In this document: positions 1-14,355 of the stretch, piece by piece
How the letters are laid out: every line of letters starts with the position of its first letter
Numbering within the stretch: position 1 is the first letter of the stretch
NCBI GenBank assembly: GCA_012295275.1
Contig: CM022672.1
Span: forward strand, 35,340,001 to 35,404,000
Length of the DNA: 64,000 nucleotides
From: Chrysomallon squamiferum
Lineage: Eukaryota > Animalia > Mollusca
Reading direction: 5' to 3'
Notes under the pieces: model-generated
Told to the model about the DNA's origin: nothing
The model's database searches: none
What the model saw: the letters and a program-made list of their open reading frames with translations, nothing else
Program-made: the position numbers and the translations under genes

Positions 1-212
1 TAACCCATGAACATAAATCAAATTCCGTAGTTTTTAATAAATCTTTATTTTTATCCATTATAAATATGTTTAAAACGTTTTATTAATAATGAAACATTGA
101 TAAAAAAAAAACCCTTTTATTATAGTTATTACATATATTTAATTTTTTATTTTGTTATTATCATATTTAGTATCATCATCATCATCATCATCATATTATT
201 ATTATTATTGTT

Positions 213-243
<31 letters not shown>

Positions 244-399
244 TTGTTATTATTCCTACTATTACTACCACTACTGACGATATTACTGATCAAAAAAAAA
301 ATTCTATATTATAAATCATTTTTTTTTTTTTTTTTTTTAATTCTCTGTTTAAATATTTTCACAATGAATTAATGAACGGTGTAAAAATATTTTCTTGTG

Positions 400-900
400 G
401 GAAATTACGTAGAACACGTCTACAATCTACGTCACACGCTGAGTGCAGATCAAGTTGGGTCAATGACGCGCAGTGTGCTCGTTAGTTTCGTACATCGCTA
501 GCTCCACTCATCTTTTGATGACGATAAATTAGCGAGGAGAATACCCGCTGACAACTGGCAATATTAAACGTCTTCATCAAATCATTCACTCCACGTGACC
601 CCACAACAAGTTAGCGCGTGAACAGTGGCTCCATTCACACGTATCACAACCGCGGAATGCTGGGTAGCCGAGCATGCGCAGTCGGGGAGAATCGAGATAG
701 GTTCACGCACCCGCGATGAAGCTTAATTAGAATCAGTTCTCCCGCCTCGCTGGATGGAAGATGTCCTCGTTTGATTCGCCTAATCTCACCTCCGTCTCGC
801 GCCAGGAGCAATAAATCCAATAATAGGCCATCATTAAATTACTAATACGTCTTAACACGAAGGTAAATTGCCAGTAAGAGTCTTAATATCGTTTTATCAA
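400..900. promoter_or_regulatory. CpG-rich non-coding island, candidate cis-regulatory element
   Basis: Complex, CpG-rich sequence among microsatellites; ZNF143/Staf-like site (650-667, reverse CTACCCAGCATTCCGCGG), GCATGCGCA at 672-680, CACGTG, several TAAT/ATTA cores; no credible ORF. Confidence 0.45.
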
Positions 901-1159
901 GTTGTTTCGTAAATTAGCAGATATATTTCTTTAAAAAAACAAAACAAAATTATTAGTGTTAATTATTTATAAATTTCGTTCAGTATTGATGAATAATAAA
1001 ATAATAATTAGACGACTTAACAACATCTCCAGCTATATATATATATATATTGTTATTTCACGCACCACCATCAGCAACAACAATACGACAACGACAACAA
1101 CAACAGAATATCAGTTTTAAGGTATAACAGTACCTCTCTCTACTATTCTAAGATAATTA

Positions 1160-1254
1160 AATCGTAGTAGTAGTAGTAGATGCAGTAGCAGTAGTAGTAG
1201 TAGTATTAGATGTGGTAGAAGCAGTAATAATAGTAATATAAATAATAATAATAA

Positions 1255-1295
<41 letters not shown>

Positions 1296-1420
1296 ACAGT
1301 AGTACAAGTAGCACCAGCAGCAGTAGTAGCAGTAGTAGTAGTAGTAGCAGTAGTAGCAGTAGTAGTAGTAGTAGTAGTATTGGTAGTAGTAGTAGTGGGT
1401 AATAATGATGATGATGATGT
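1160..1420. repeat. (TAG)n/(CAG)n trinucleotide microsatellite
   Basis: Direct reading; source of poly-Leu/poly-Tyr pseudo-ORFs. Confidence 0.95.
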
Positions 1421-2138
1421 GACACATTAAGCGCTGCACGTGTACACATACAGTGGTGACGTAGTACGCAGACTAAGAAAGACTTTTGTATTAGTTGAAC
1501 TCGAGTCTAAGTATTTCATTATTTCATCCTGTTCCCAGACTACCAGTGACAGATGCACAGATCCGCTGTTTGAAGTTTACCCCAGAATATGAACACTCTT
1601 TAGATTTTCATAATGAAGGTACACTTTTCTTCTTTGAAGTACACTGCCACTTAAAACATAATGATCAGAGACCTAAGTATGTTTAAGACGTTTAGTTATG
1701 GTCTGGCCATAGCACGGTAATCAATTAATGTGTTTCCGTTTTATTAGCAAATCATAAGCAAGTACAAGATATATTTATTACGTTATAAGTGCGTTCGTAA
1801 TTAGCAGGCACTAAATGTAGGTTTGCGGCGTTTTTCCCATGGACTGGAGAACCTATTTTAATGTCGGAGATTTTTTTTTAACTTCTAAAGACCCGCCCAA
1901 TTATTATAGAAATGTGATATTTTCAATAGTAATTTAATTAAACACTTGTATGAAGAATACAACTTTCACACCAGCTTTTTTTTTTTTAAATTTTTTTTTT
2001 TTTTTTTTGAGAGAGAGAGAGAATGTAGGTAATATAAATGTGTGTGCGTTTGTTAGTGTTATATGTGTTATATAAGTGTGCGTGTGTGTGTGTGTGTGTG
2101 TGTGTAATAGTGAGTACAAAGAATAATTTGTGTTTATG

Positions 2139-2192
<54 letters not shown>

Positions 2193-2475
2193 AAATTATC
2201 ACATCATGAATATAATTATTAGATAACGTCTAAGTATATATAAAAAAGGTTTTTAACTCAAGAAGTAGACAAATGTTATGTAAGGCATCTATATTTTAAT
2301 TCCATTAATTCAGAAATATTAATAATAAAATAACAACAACAACATTATGAATAATAATAATAATAATAGTAACAATAATAACGATGATGATGAAAAGATA
2401 AACTGTAAAATCGAGTATCATAATTTTATATATAAACAGAAAAATATATATATATAGATAAACATACATACATAC

Positions 2476-2510
<35 letters not shown>

Positions 2511-2780
2511 CGTCTGTTTTTTGTATATTTACAATAGTTTTAGTTTTTTATTACTTTTTAAAAGATTTTGTTGTTGTTTCATAAAACAATTCATTTTACT
2601 TTTAGCATTACAATAATAATAATAATAATAATAATAATGATATAGTAATTTTATTATTATTGCTATTATTAGTAGTAGTATAAGTAGCTGAGTTAGTATT
2701 AGTGGTAATAGCAGCAGTAATAGAAGTTGTAATATATATATATATATATATACAGAGAGAGAGACAGAGAGATATAGATA

Positions 2781-2811
<31 letters not shown>

Positions 2812-3042
2812 CAGTGATCAAACAGAGGTTTATCTGGAGACTTACTTCACCTGTTCAACAGTTTGCACTCGGTCTTTCTGCGAAATACGAATGTCAAACA
2901 CACTGAAATAATACTCAGAGAACACGTGCAAACAGCTCGCGCGCCCTGCCCCGGGGGTTCCTCAACAAAACACTCGCTCCCCCCCCCCCGTAGCAGTCAG
3001 GCGATCTCGCAGATGTTTCATTTTTATTTGTCTTTGTTAGAA

Positions 3043-3170
<128 letters not shown>

Positions 3171-3675
3171 TATATTTTATATATATAAACTTATTCTTGT
3201 TATAGTTATTACAATAATGTTACTATTACTACAATTTCTAGTTTCTTTTAATTGTAATCCTAAATGTAAAATGAATTGTTTTTAAAAAAAGATTAAAATA
3301 AAAAATAAAAAATAAATAAATAAATAAATAAATAATAATTTAAAATAAAAAAATAAGAAAAAAAAGAAAAGTTATTATAAATATACTCAAATGGTTTATT
3401 TTCATTTTAATTGAAAAATGTTTTAAAATTATTAGCTTGTTTGATGTGACACCGTAATGTTTTGAAACTCAAAATATAAAACATTTATTCTGTATAAGAA
3501 ATCCATTATTCAAGTTGTTTTCTATTTTATATTGTTTATATATCGTCATTAGAAATATATTTGCCAAAAATTTTTTCTTCAATATATTTCTTTTTAATGA
3601 TTTTTTTTTTTTTTAATTTTATTTTATTTATTTATATATATTTTTATTATTAATTTTGTTTTTTGTTTGTTTGTT

Positions 3676-3711
<36 letters not shown>

Positions 3712-4270
3712 TTTTTTTTGTTTTTTTTTTATTATTTGTTATTTATTTTATTGTTTTGTTTTTTTGTTTTTTTTTTTTTTGTTTTGTTGGTTGTGTTTGG
3801 TTGTTGCTTTCAATGTTTTGTTGCTTTTGTTTGGTTGTTGCTTTTATTGTTTTGTTGTTGTTTTATTGTTTTGTTGTTGTTTTATTGTTTTTTTATTGTT
3901 TTGTTGTTTTTTTTTATGAGGCGTGGTGGATTTTACAAACTTCAAAACGCATTTTTGTTTCTATGATGTCTGTGTCATCTTTATTTTTATTATTATTTTA
4001 AAAAAAATAAAAAAATTATTATTATTATTAATAATTTGCTTTTTAGTTTTAAAATTTTATTTTTATTTTTTATTTATTTTTATTATTATTATTATATTTT
4101 TTTTTTTTTTTTGTTATTATTATATATTTTTTTATCTTCCTACTTAGTACGAAATTATGAACCTCTTCTGAAATGTATTCATACATTTTAACATGAAGGT
4201 CTGGAGTTAAACAACAACAAAAAAAAAAGAAAAAAAAAAAAAAAAAAGAAATTGAGCAAAATTTTAAAAT

Positions 4271-4306
<36 letters not shown>

Positions 4307-4334
4307 AAAAAAATGAAGAAAATGAAAAACATTC

Positions 4335-4740
4335 GAGCACGCGCCAAAACATCTATATTTGTGAGTGAGCGTGTTTATGATTTATGCTGATGTATTCGTT
4401 TTGCGCGTGACAAGGTGAAGTGGCGTTTTGCTGTTTCCAGCTAAATGGACGTGTAGACTGCGTCAGTGTAGATGTGTTCACGTTTTCCGTCGTGATTGAT
4501 GTTCGCCTGCTTGATGACAGCGGCTCCTCTCATCTCCCGGACCTCTTTCGATGTCTTAAGAGCTACAAGCATCCAAATAATCGAAAGCAAACGTTTGTTG
4601 TGCGTTTGCGCGTTAGAACTGAAGAGCGCGCGCTATTACAACCTGTCATTACAGCCTGGCCTTCCTCACTTTGCTCGTTCTCTGGTTTTTTTATTAGTGT
4701 TTTCACTTACTTCTTAACCCGTGTTAATGATGTGGAAATT
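4335..4740. promoter_or_regulatory. CpG-rich non-coding island with two PBX-HOX type sites
   Basis: TGATTTAT 4378-4385 and TGATTGAT 4493-4500 within a CpG-rich block flanked by poly-A and (AG)n. Confidence 0.4.
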
Positions 4741-4750
4741 ATTATACCTT

Positions 4751-4830
<80 letters not shown>

Positions 4831-5224
4831 ATTTCTAATTAATAATAATCCTAGCGCACAAAAAATAAAATTAAAAACGATAGAGAGACTATACAGGTAG
4901 GTAGATGGACAGATATATATATTTATAAAAAGTAATAAATAAATAAACAAACAAATAGACAAACAAATAATAAATAAATAATAATATAATAAAATCAAGT
5001 AACTGTTTACGTAACTTAATCAGAATATTAGAATATAACATCATTTATAAAAAAGAGAGCGAATTTTCACAAAGTTTACTTTCCTTATGTTTTATAATTT
5101 TATTATGTTTCTTATGACTATTTATTGCTTTGCTGCTAGTGTTTTTGCTATTATTATTAATATTATTTTCATAACAATAATTTTTATTATTGTCATCATT
5201 ATTATCACGATAATCATTATTCAT

Positions 5225-5263
<39 letters not shown>

Positions 5264-5296
5264 TTAATATTATTATTATTTATATCATCATCATCA

Positions 5297-5333
<37 letters not shown>

Positions 5334-5468
5334 AATTATTATTATCTTCATCATCATTATAATCAATATTATTTATTGTTCTTCTGCTGTTTTTAAAGCT
5401 TATGTTATTTTTATTAATATCATCATCATCATTTCTTATATCACTATTATTATTATTTTTATTATTTA

Positions 5469-5518
<50 letters not shown>

Positions 5519-5929
5519 TTATTATTATTTTGTTGTAATTTACACTGTCACAATAAGAAGAAGGAATAAAACTAAAAAACTTAAAATATGAAAGATTTAA
5601 TCGGAGAAATGATGTGGTTTTTAGGTAAATCTGACTGATTTCAGACTGACATTAATAAAAGATATATAACAAAATATTCAAAATTCAACAGAATAAAAGG
5701 AAGTACAATTAGTTATAAAAAAAAATAAAATAATAATAATAATGGATTTGTTTTGATCAAATCTCATATTTCGTTATTGTTCGATGTTTGATTTGACTTC
5801 CGGTTTGTTATGGTAACACTTCCTTTTCCGTAGTTTCATTATAAAGGATTATCTGAGACTGGGGGGAGGGGGAGGGGGGTTCTGTCATTGCTTTAGAAAA
5901 GGATATCATGCTGAGATACAAGGGGGAAA

Positions 5930-6318
<389 letters not shown>

Positions 6319-6683
6319 AAACTGATTTCGATTAATACTAAGATTTTTTGCATAAAGTAACAATTACAATTTCATTCACTTTTATTTAATTTTTTGTATT
6401 TTTGTTTTTATTACTTACTGATCTGCAGACGCTCTGTTCCTATAAATAACTGAGATTTGTGAGAATAAGTTTATTTATTTATTTATTTATTTATTGAACT
6501 CTGTAGCTGTTAATATAGTTTTAAAACAAATAACTGAGTTTTTCTACAACACACTGACTCGGAGTTAACGGGATAAGCCAGTGTTTAAATAAACTTCATG
6601 ACTCTGAGTGAACACTTCAACGTTCCAGTCGAACGGTTTATCCAAGACCTTGCACGCAGGAACAGTCTTAAAAATATCCTTGC

Positions 6684-6729
<46 letters not shown>

Positions 6730-6776
6730 TTTTTATTATTATTTTATCTTTATTATTATTATTATTATTATTATTA

Positions 6777-6846
<70 letters not shown>

Positions 6847-7106
6847 TTTTACCGAGCTGTACTTGGTGAGATTAAGGGGTTTTAAAAACATGAACACAAA
6901 AAACCAAAAAAAACCACCTAATCATAACCTGATGAAAAACAATAACAGAGAAAGTGTAAAATAATAAAACAAATTTAACTCTGAAACTTTTCTTTTTCTT
7001 TTTTTTAAAAAATAAAACAAAAACAAAAAAAAAATAATAATAAAAATAAAAAATAATAATAATAATAGTAAAAATAATAATTTTTATAATAAAAATATTA
7101 GTAATT

Positions 7107-7147
<41 letters not shown>

Positions 7148-8261
7148 TAATAAAAAATAACTGTTTATAGGAATATAGTAAAAATAAATAATTTTTATAA
7201 TCAAAATAATAGTAAACTAATAATAATTTTTTTTAAAAAGTTCATTTGATGTAAACAATAAAAAAAAATTAAAAAAATATTCTCATATTTCGTTATTCTT
7301 TGATATATGATATGAAGAAAGAGAGAGAGAGAAGGTTATAAATGTGTTTGTTTGTTCCTGTGTCTGTGTGTGTTTTTGACAGAGAAAGAGGGAGACTGTA
7401 ATAAAATTATGTTAAATTTAAATCAGCTGATGTTTCATTAATTAAATCCATACCTATAAAAAATAAATAAATAAAATTAAAAATTAAAATAAAAATTCTT
7501 AATAATAATAAAAAATTCAATACTCGGGGGAATTTGGTGAATATATTCAAAAACAGATTTTCTTTTTTTATAATTTAGAACACAATAATAAATAAATAAA
7601 TTTTAAAATTTCTAATGCACACTTAACCTGTTTTGCTATTTATTTTACCGAAATTGTAATTTTTTTTCTTCTTTATACACAGTTTGTCTTCGTATAAACA
7701 ATGCAGTAACATAGCACGACCTCGCTTATCATGCAGCCAAACTGATCCGAGCCTCTGTAATGTTAATTTATCGAGACTTTGATTCATCTCTGTTTATAAA
7801 TGAGCAAACCGATAATCATTTTTTTTTAACATAACTTTGGTGATACGAAAAAAGAACCCAGTCTAAATGTAATCACCAAGTTGTGTTTTAAACACGTATT
7901 TGAGTGTGTTTGTGTTTGTTAGCACTTTGTGTGTGTTTAGTTATTTTATTAATTTATCATGGCTGCTATATAGTGACGTCATCTTTTACAACTCGCCCTA
8001 AAGGCCATGACATCACAACTCCAGTTATAAAGTGTCAATTGGAAGCATTCGAGTATTTTCTGTTATAATAATTTGTTATTAATAGTCACTCGAATCAAAT
8101 TAAATAATAATCTGCAAGAACTGAGAACTGATTTAGCAGAATTATTTGTACTTCCATAGGTAAACTGTCAACTGCATAAACATATGACCAAACAAAATTT
8201 GTAAAAATAAAATAAAATAAATAAATAAATGTTAATAAACTACAGAAGAATAAATTGAGAA

Positions 8262-8354
<93 letters not shown>

Positions 8355-8409
8355 CAAATTATATGAAACGATATAGATGACCAAAAACTCATTTTTATTG
8401 TCCCTTTAA

Positions 8410-8815
8410 ATAGCTTCGAGTGCTTTTCTCCGATTACTTCCCCTTGGCTGTTGCGAGGGGAAACGAGCGATGACTCGAGTTTCGCTCGCTCTGCGCGTCA
8501 CTGAAGCCATTGTTTCGCACTTAACATTTCAATGCGCGCTGTTTACTAATTGTCATAATTTCTGTCAGCTCTCTTAACCCCGTGGATTAAATTTCCTTGC
8601 CGAGGATTAGGATTTCATAATTGTCGGCCAGTAGTGGCCGGCAGGAGGAAAGTCACATCAGATAAAATGTGCGGCTCCACCCTTCCCAGCATGCCTCGAG
8701 GCAAACGTCACGTAGTCCCCCGGATGAAAGAGGAAAGCACGAAAAGTTGGACTTCCGCAAGGTTATCACCTTTCACTGCGCGTGCAACTCAACACTGATT
8801 GGTCCAGCGAGAGTT
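8410..8815. promoter_or_regulatory. CpG-rich non-coding island with Staf/ZNF143-like site, CCAAT box and short hairpins
   Basis: CTTCCCAGCATGCCTCG 8682-8698, ctgATTGGt ~8795-8803, GGATTA twice, three short inverted repeats. Confidence 0.45.
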
Positions 8816-9014
8816 AAAAATAAACAAACAAACAAACAAATAGATAAATAGATAAATAAATGTATGAAAATAGAAAAGAAAAGAAAAATTGGAATAAAAA
8901 GTCGTGTGTGTGGTATCTGAAAAGTGGAGAAAATTTAAAATAAATAAACTGCTCGCACACATACACACATACACTTGTACACATGCACACAAACACATGC
9001 TCATACATTACACA

Positions 9015-9051
<37 letters not shown>

Positions 9052-9552
9052 TAATGATTAATTCATTATCTTCATTTCAAAATATTCTTGATGGTTAAAA
9101 CCAACAGATAGCGACATTTTCCATATCGATGTAGTTTACTCATTTTAATTTCAATATCACGTGATTATGAATATCTGATTTAGAAAAGCAATTGCTGTGA
9201 TCACTAAACCAACAGACATAAAATGAACATCTCATATACAACAGTGCTTGTGTGTTTCGCATTCGCATACCTTCAGTCTCGACCTGTATATATAATAATA
9301 ATTAATGAAGATTGCCACCGTTGCAGTCAGTTCGAATGTTTAGTTGAGATATAAAGGATATAGTCAGCGAACAATTTTTTCTTAATCTGCAACTCGAGAC
9401 TCATTAAATCATATTTTATTATACAAATCCGTAACCTTTTTACATTCACCAGACAGAAGTTAAATCTGTGAAGTAATGGCGGACCACTTTCATCTATTTT
9501 CTTTTATATTTAATTCTATAGATTAATAACTTTAAAAAATATATATTGCTGA

Positions 9553-9603
<51 letters not shown>

Positions 9604-9634
9604 AATTTTCAATACTCTTACTCCTGCAACTACT

Positions 9635-9691
<57 letters not shown>

Positions 9692-10101
9692 GTATTTGTT
9701 TGTTTATTTATTTATTTATTCTGAAGGTAATATATGACCACGAAAATATCTTTACTAACTGCATACATTTATTTAGAACTATCGAGTTTAAATTCGCGTA
9801 ATACAACATCAGCTGTGTTGTAGATTATTTTCACTAACAGACTCTGACGAGCTATATTTCAGCGTAAGGATCAAATACATTAACAGTATATTATTAGAAT
9901 AAAGTCTTAAACTAAATCTTTGAGTTATATTTATACAAACAGCCAGTAATTTGATAAACATAAAAACCAGGAACATCCGTCACATTGCAGACATGTTGTA
10001 CTCGTTTATTCACCTTTATGAAGCATCGCAAGAAGACGAATTTTTACTCATATTTTTACTAATACACCCTTATTTGTAGTTTTTTAATAAATCAGGGTGC
10101 G

Positions 10102-10270
10102 TTAATAAAAATTCAGTTTAGTGGGTATTAATAAAAATACGAATTAGGGGCATTAATAAAAATTCAGTTTAGTGGGTATTAATAAAAATACGAATTAGGG
10201 GCATTAATAAAAATTCAGTTTAGTGGGTATTAATAAAAATACGAATTAGGGGTATTAATAAAAATACGAT
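10102..10270. repeat. Tandem repeat, 51-bp unit x3 (dimer of ~25-bp subunits)
   Basis: Unit ttaataaaaattcagtttagtgggtattaataaaaatacgaattaggggca repeated nearly perfectly. Confidence 0.9.
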
Positions 10271-10564
10271 TTAATCCGGATCAGAACATAATTATAATTA
10301 TGCTAGACAAATATAGCAACAGTTATTATTATTTCAATTCCTTCAATTAAATTACTATAAACTCTGATCCTAATTCAAATGCTTTTATTTTTACTGCTAC
10401 CACTACTGCTGTTACTAGTATACCATCACAACTACTACTGTACTACTACTACTACAACGATTGTTACTACTTTACTACTATTATTACTAGTACATTACTA
10501 CTGTTTCTACTACTTTTCCTGCGACACTACTTCTGTTATTACTAAAGCTACTACTACTACACTA

Positions 10565-10830
10565 ACTACTATTACTACTACCACACGTACTGCTGATACT
10601 ACTAATAGTATTACTGATAGGTTACCGTCGTAGCTGCTGCTATACACATTACTAACATTACTACTACCACACGTACTGCTGATACTACTAATAGTATTAC
10701 TGTTATGTTACCGTCGTAGCTGCTGCTATACACATTACTAACATTACTACTACCACACGTACTGCTGATACTACTAATAGTATTACTGTTATGTTACCGT
10801 CGTAGCTGCTGCTATAAACGTTACTAACAC
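10565..10830. repeat. Tandem repeat, 86-bp unit x3
   Basis: Anchor ccacacgtactgctgatactactaatag starts at 10581, 10667 and 10753. Confidence 0.9.
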
Positions 10831-11161
10831 TGTCACTCTTGTTACAATTACAACGTCTACGGCGACTAGCATAACTAATGACTGCTCTTTATAAACAAAC
10901 AAACAAATAAATTAATAAATAAATAAATAATAAGTCCCCTACTACTGGAACGCTGGTGGTTATCTTTAACACAACAGTCCTTGGTAAAAAAACAAAAAAT
11001 GAAAAAAAAAAGATACATCTTCCTTGTTTACGCGTTTGTACCAGAAACAGCTGTAGCTGCACGTGTGTGTTTTCTATTTTATTTTATTTTATTTTATTTT
11101 ATTTTATTTATTTAATATAAGTTTGATTTTTGAAATTCGTTTGTTTGATTTTTTGTTTGAT

Positions 11162-11196
<35 letters not shown>

Positions 11197-11298
11197 TTAA
11201 AGTCAAAAGTATTAATTAAAAATATTTTCAGGAGAGACGATTATTTAATCAGTGCCTGAGTTGCTGTGTGTGACTGTGTGTGTGTGTGTGTATATACT

Positions 11299-11500
11299 TA
11301 CATACATACATACATACATGCATACATAACTACATACATACATACATACATACATACATACATACATACATAACTACATACATACATACATACATACATA
11401 CATACATACATACATACATACATACATACATACATACATACATACATACATACATACATACATAACTACATAACTACATACATACATACATACATACATA
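11299..11500. repeat. (ACAT)n microsatellite
   Basis: Direct reading. Confidence 0.95.
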
Positions 11501-11851
11501 CACACACACACAAACACACTTGTGTATATATTTATATATATGACCGTTTTCAGTATCGATAATCTATCTCGAAAATTAATTAATTAACTCTCTTTTTAAT
11601 AATGACGGTTTTTTATAAATAAATGCTCTATTCTAAAATATTATTAATGGCATATTTAATTTTGATTCAATTACGTGTGATTATCTACTGAAACAATTAA
11701 CACTTTTTAATTTAATGAGGCCTCTAAACTTGTACAGGAAAATTTTGCATCAAATTTAATTATGCAGACATCAGAATTGAAAGTTTTCGTTAATAGCATA
11801 GCTACTGATAAATGTATAAAGTGGCTACTCTACGAAAGTAATTCTAAGTTT

Positions 11852-12004
<153 letters not shown>

Positions 12005-13053
12005 CGACAGTAAAATATTTTTAGCTATAGAACATTTTTACTTGAGTCCCATCTTTGCTTGGAGACCAGAATTCCAGTTAATTAATATACATGATCACAG
12101 AGGTTTTTTTTATTTTATTTATTTTATTGTTATTATTATTTTTTAAATCATTAATTCGAAGTCCATTATTCATATAAACAAAAGTAAATAAAAGAGTTTG
12201 ATGATTAAAAGATAAATTGTTTAAACTGATTTAAAGCTACTTCTGACGGTTCGAATGGTTAAAAATTAATTTTATATTTCAAGTGGTTATTTGACACTGT
12301 CAGACACAAGAACAAACTGTGACAAATAAATAACTAATATAACTAATAATTCTCAAACGCCGCCATTCTTGTTTTCACAGCTGAGTTATTGTGGTGGACA
12401 GGTGGACTAAGAAAGTAGATTTTAATCAAAACTTTACTAACATATTCCTGCCTGGACCGTACTATGACTAATCTCAAAGAAAGATTATCGGCAACAGTTG
12501 TTAAAAAAGTATTTATATAAACTAAGCAAAATCGTGGAAAAATGTAATATTCTAAAATTATTATTATCATTTTTTTGTTGTTTTTTTTTGTGTGTATGCG
12601 TTTGTTTTTGTGTTTTTTGGTTTTGGTTTTTTTTTTTTTTTTTGGGGGGGTCTGTTTTCTTCTGCAGTTTAAGTCTAATTTAATTACGAATTTTAGCCGC
12701 GAAAATTACCGCTTTTTCACTCTAATTAAAAACTATTTTCACGATTTTATTCTGTTCATGTTTTTACCTTCAAATTCTGGTACCACCAACCTACGCATAG
12801 AGCTACTGACAAAGCTTCTTCCTAAACACTAAGTTAAAATAATCGTCTCTAAATACCAGCGTTTTCTCTAATCCAGCAGAAGCAAACTGGCACGTGCAAG
12901 CCGTCTGCTGAAATCGACATTTCTGAACCTGGCAGACATATTTGCCATGTTATCTGCTTCCATAGCAATCGAAAAAACTGAATTACCTAACAAAGCAAGT
13001 AAATAATTTAATAATTCTCCTGGTATGACCTTTAATCAACATTATATTGTCTG

Positions 13054-13086
<33 letters not shown>

Positions 13087-13196
13087 TTTTTTTTTATATA
13101 TATATTTTTTGAATTGATATATCAAATATAAAATTAAATATATCACATACAAAAGTATTAATTCACAATTTTTTTTTTGTGTTTGCTGTTGCTTTA

Positions 13197-13260
<64 letters not shown>

Positions 13261-13289
13261 CCTCATTATATGAACCAGCTTAAACCAGA

Positions 13290-14355
13290 TTTTCTAAAAT
13301 ATAAAAATAATCGCTGCAGGAAAGACAACTCCATTACTATTTTAAAATAAGCCTGCAAGAGTTATTCCTTGTTTTTTAAACGCAAAAATTCATCTTAGTG
13401 TATATACTTTATGTGGATTCATAATTTACTTTCTGTTGTTTATGGAATTTTAACAGGGGAAGAGCCTTTAATATTTATTGCAAAAGATAATAATATAATT
13501 ACAAAATACAAGAAATTGTGACTTTTTTTCTTTTCTTTGAAGACAGAATTTATCTCTTTCTGTAAATATTGCACATTTTGAAAGTATGTAGTTTCGCGGG
13601 GGATGGTGTATATGTGTGTTCAGATAAATATAAAGAGATGATTAATTTCGATTAGGAAAATTTTCGGCGTTTTTTTTTTTTTGAGTGATGTTTTTATTTT
13701 TTTATTTTTGACCTTCTACGTGATTATTTATTTATTTATTTATGTATTTATTATAATTTTTATTTTATTTTATTTTATTTTTTATTTTATTTTATTTTAT
13801 TTTATTTATAAAATAGGTACACTGCGATGAATTTTTGCAACGTGAAGACAAGGAATAACTCTTGCAGGTTTATTTTAAAACAACAATGGAGTTGTCTTTC
13901 TTGAGTCGATTATTTTCATATTTTGATAATGTATTTAATTTTATGTTAGAATTTTTTCAGCCGTTGTTATTAAAAGTTTGCTGGTAAGAAAAATGTATTT
14001 TCAATACATCATATTTCTTTGTTTTTTTTGGAGGATTTTTTTATTTTTTTATTTTTGTACTTCTAAGTGATTATTTAACTTTATTTATTTATTTATTTAT
14101 TTAATTTTAATTTTGATTTTGTTTAATTTAATTTTAATTTATTTTTTATAATTTATTTTATTTTATTTATTTATTTATAAAATAAGTACACTACGATGAA
14201 TTTTTGCAACGTAAAAACAAGGAATAACTCTTGCAGGTTTATTTTTAAACAGTAATGGAGTTGTCTTTCTTGAGTCGATTATTTTCATATTTAGATAATA
14301 TATTTAATTTCATGGTAGATTTTTTCAGCCAATTTATTAAAAGTTCGCTGGTACT
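13290..14355. mobile_element. Three copies of a ~120-175 bp element (one inverted, two direct); probable decayed MITE/foldback element
   Basis: Core gatgaatttttgc...acaaggaataactcttgcaggtttattttaaaa...aatggagttgtctttc forward at ~13810-13986 and ~14180-14353; its reverse complement at ~13290-13405. No transposase or target-site duplication identified. Confidence 0.5.

Noticed and set aside
1539-1618. Possible plus-strand exon (LPVTDAQIRCLKFTPEYEHSLDFHNE)
   Set aside because: Weak donor (GTACAC), no recognisable homology, no partner exons.
3600-4320. T-rich then A-rich low-complexity tracts suggesting membrane-protein ORFs or a hairpin
   Set aside because: Degenerate homopolymer/microsatellite sequence, possibly low-quality consensus; no specific pairing.
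4420-4842. 140-aa plus-strand ORF with an acceptor-like site at 4440
   Set aside because: No ATG start, no recognisable domain, no donor, runs into (AG)n.
12245-12260. GGTTCGAA, tRNA T-loop/B-box-like
   Set aside because: No cloverleaf stems or A-box around it.
12343-12375. Minus-strand aagaATGGCGGCG resembling a housekeeping start codon / YY1 motif
   Set aside because: Stops after MAAFENY with no donor; the motif is common in non-coding and repeat DNA.
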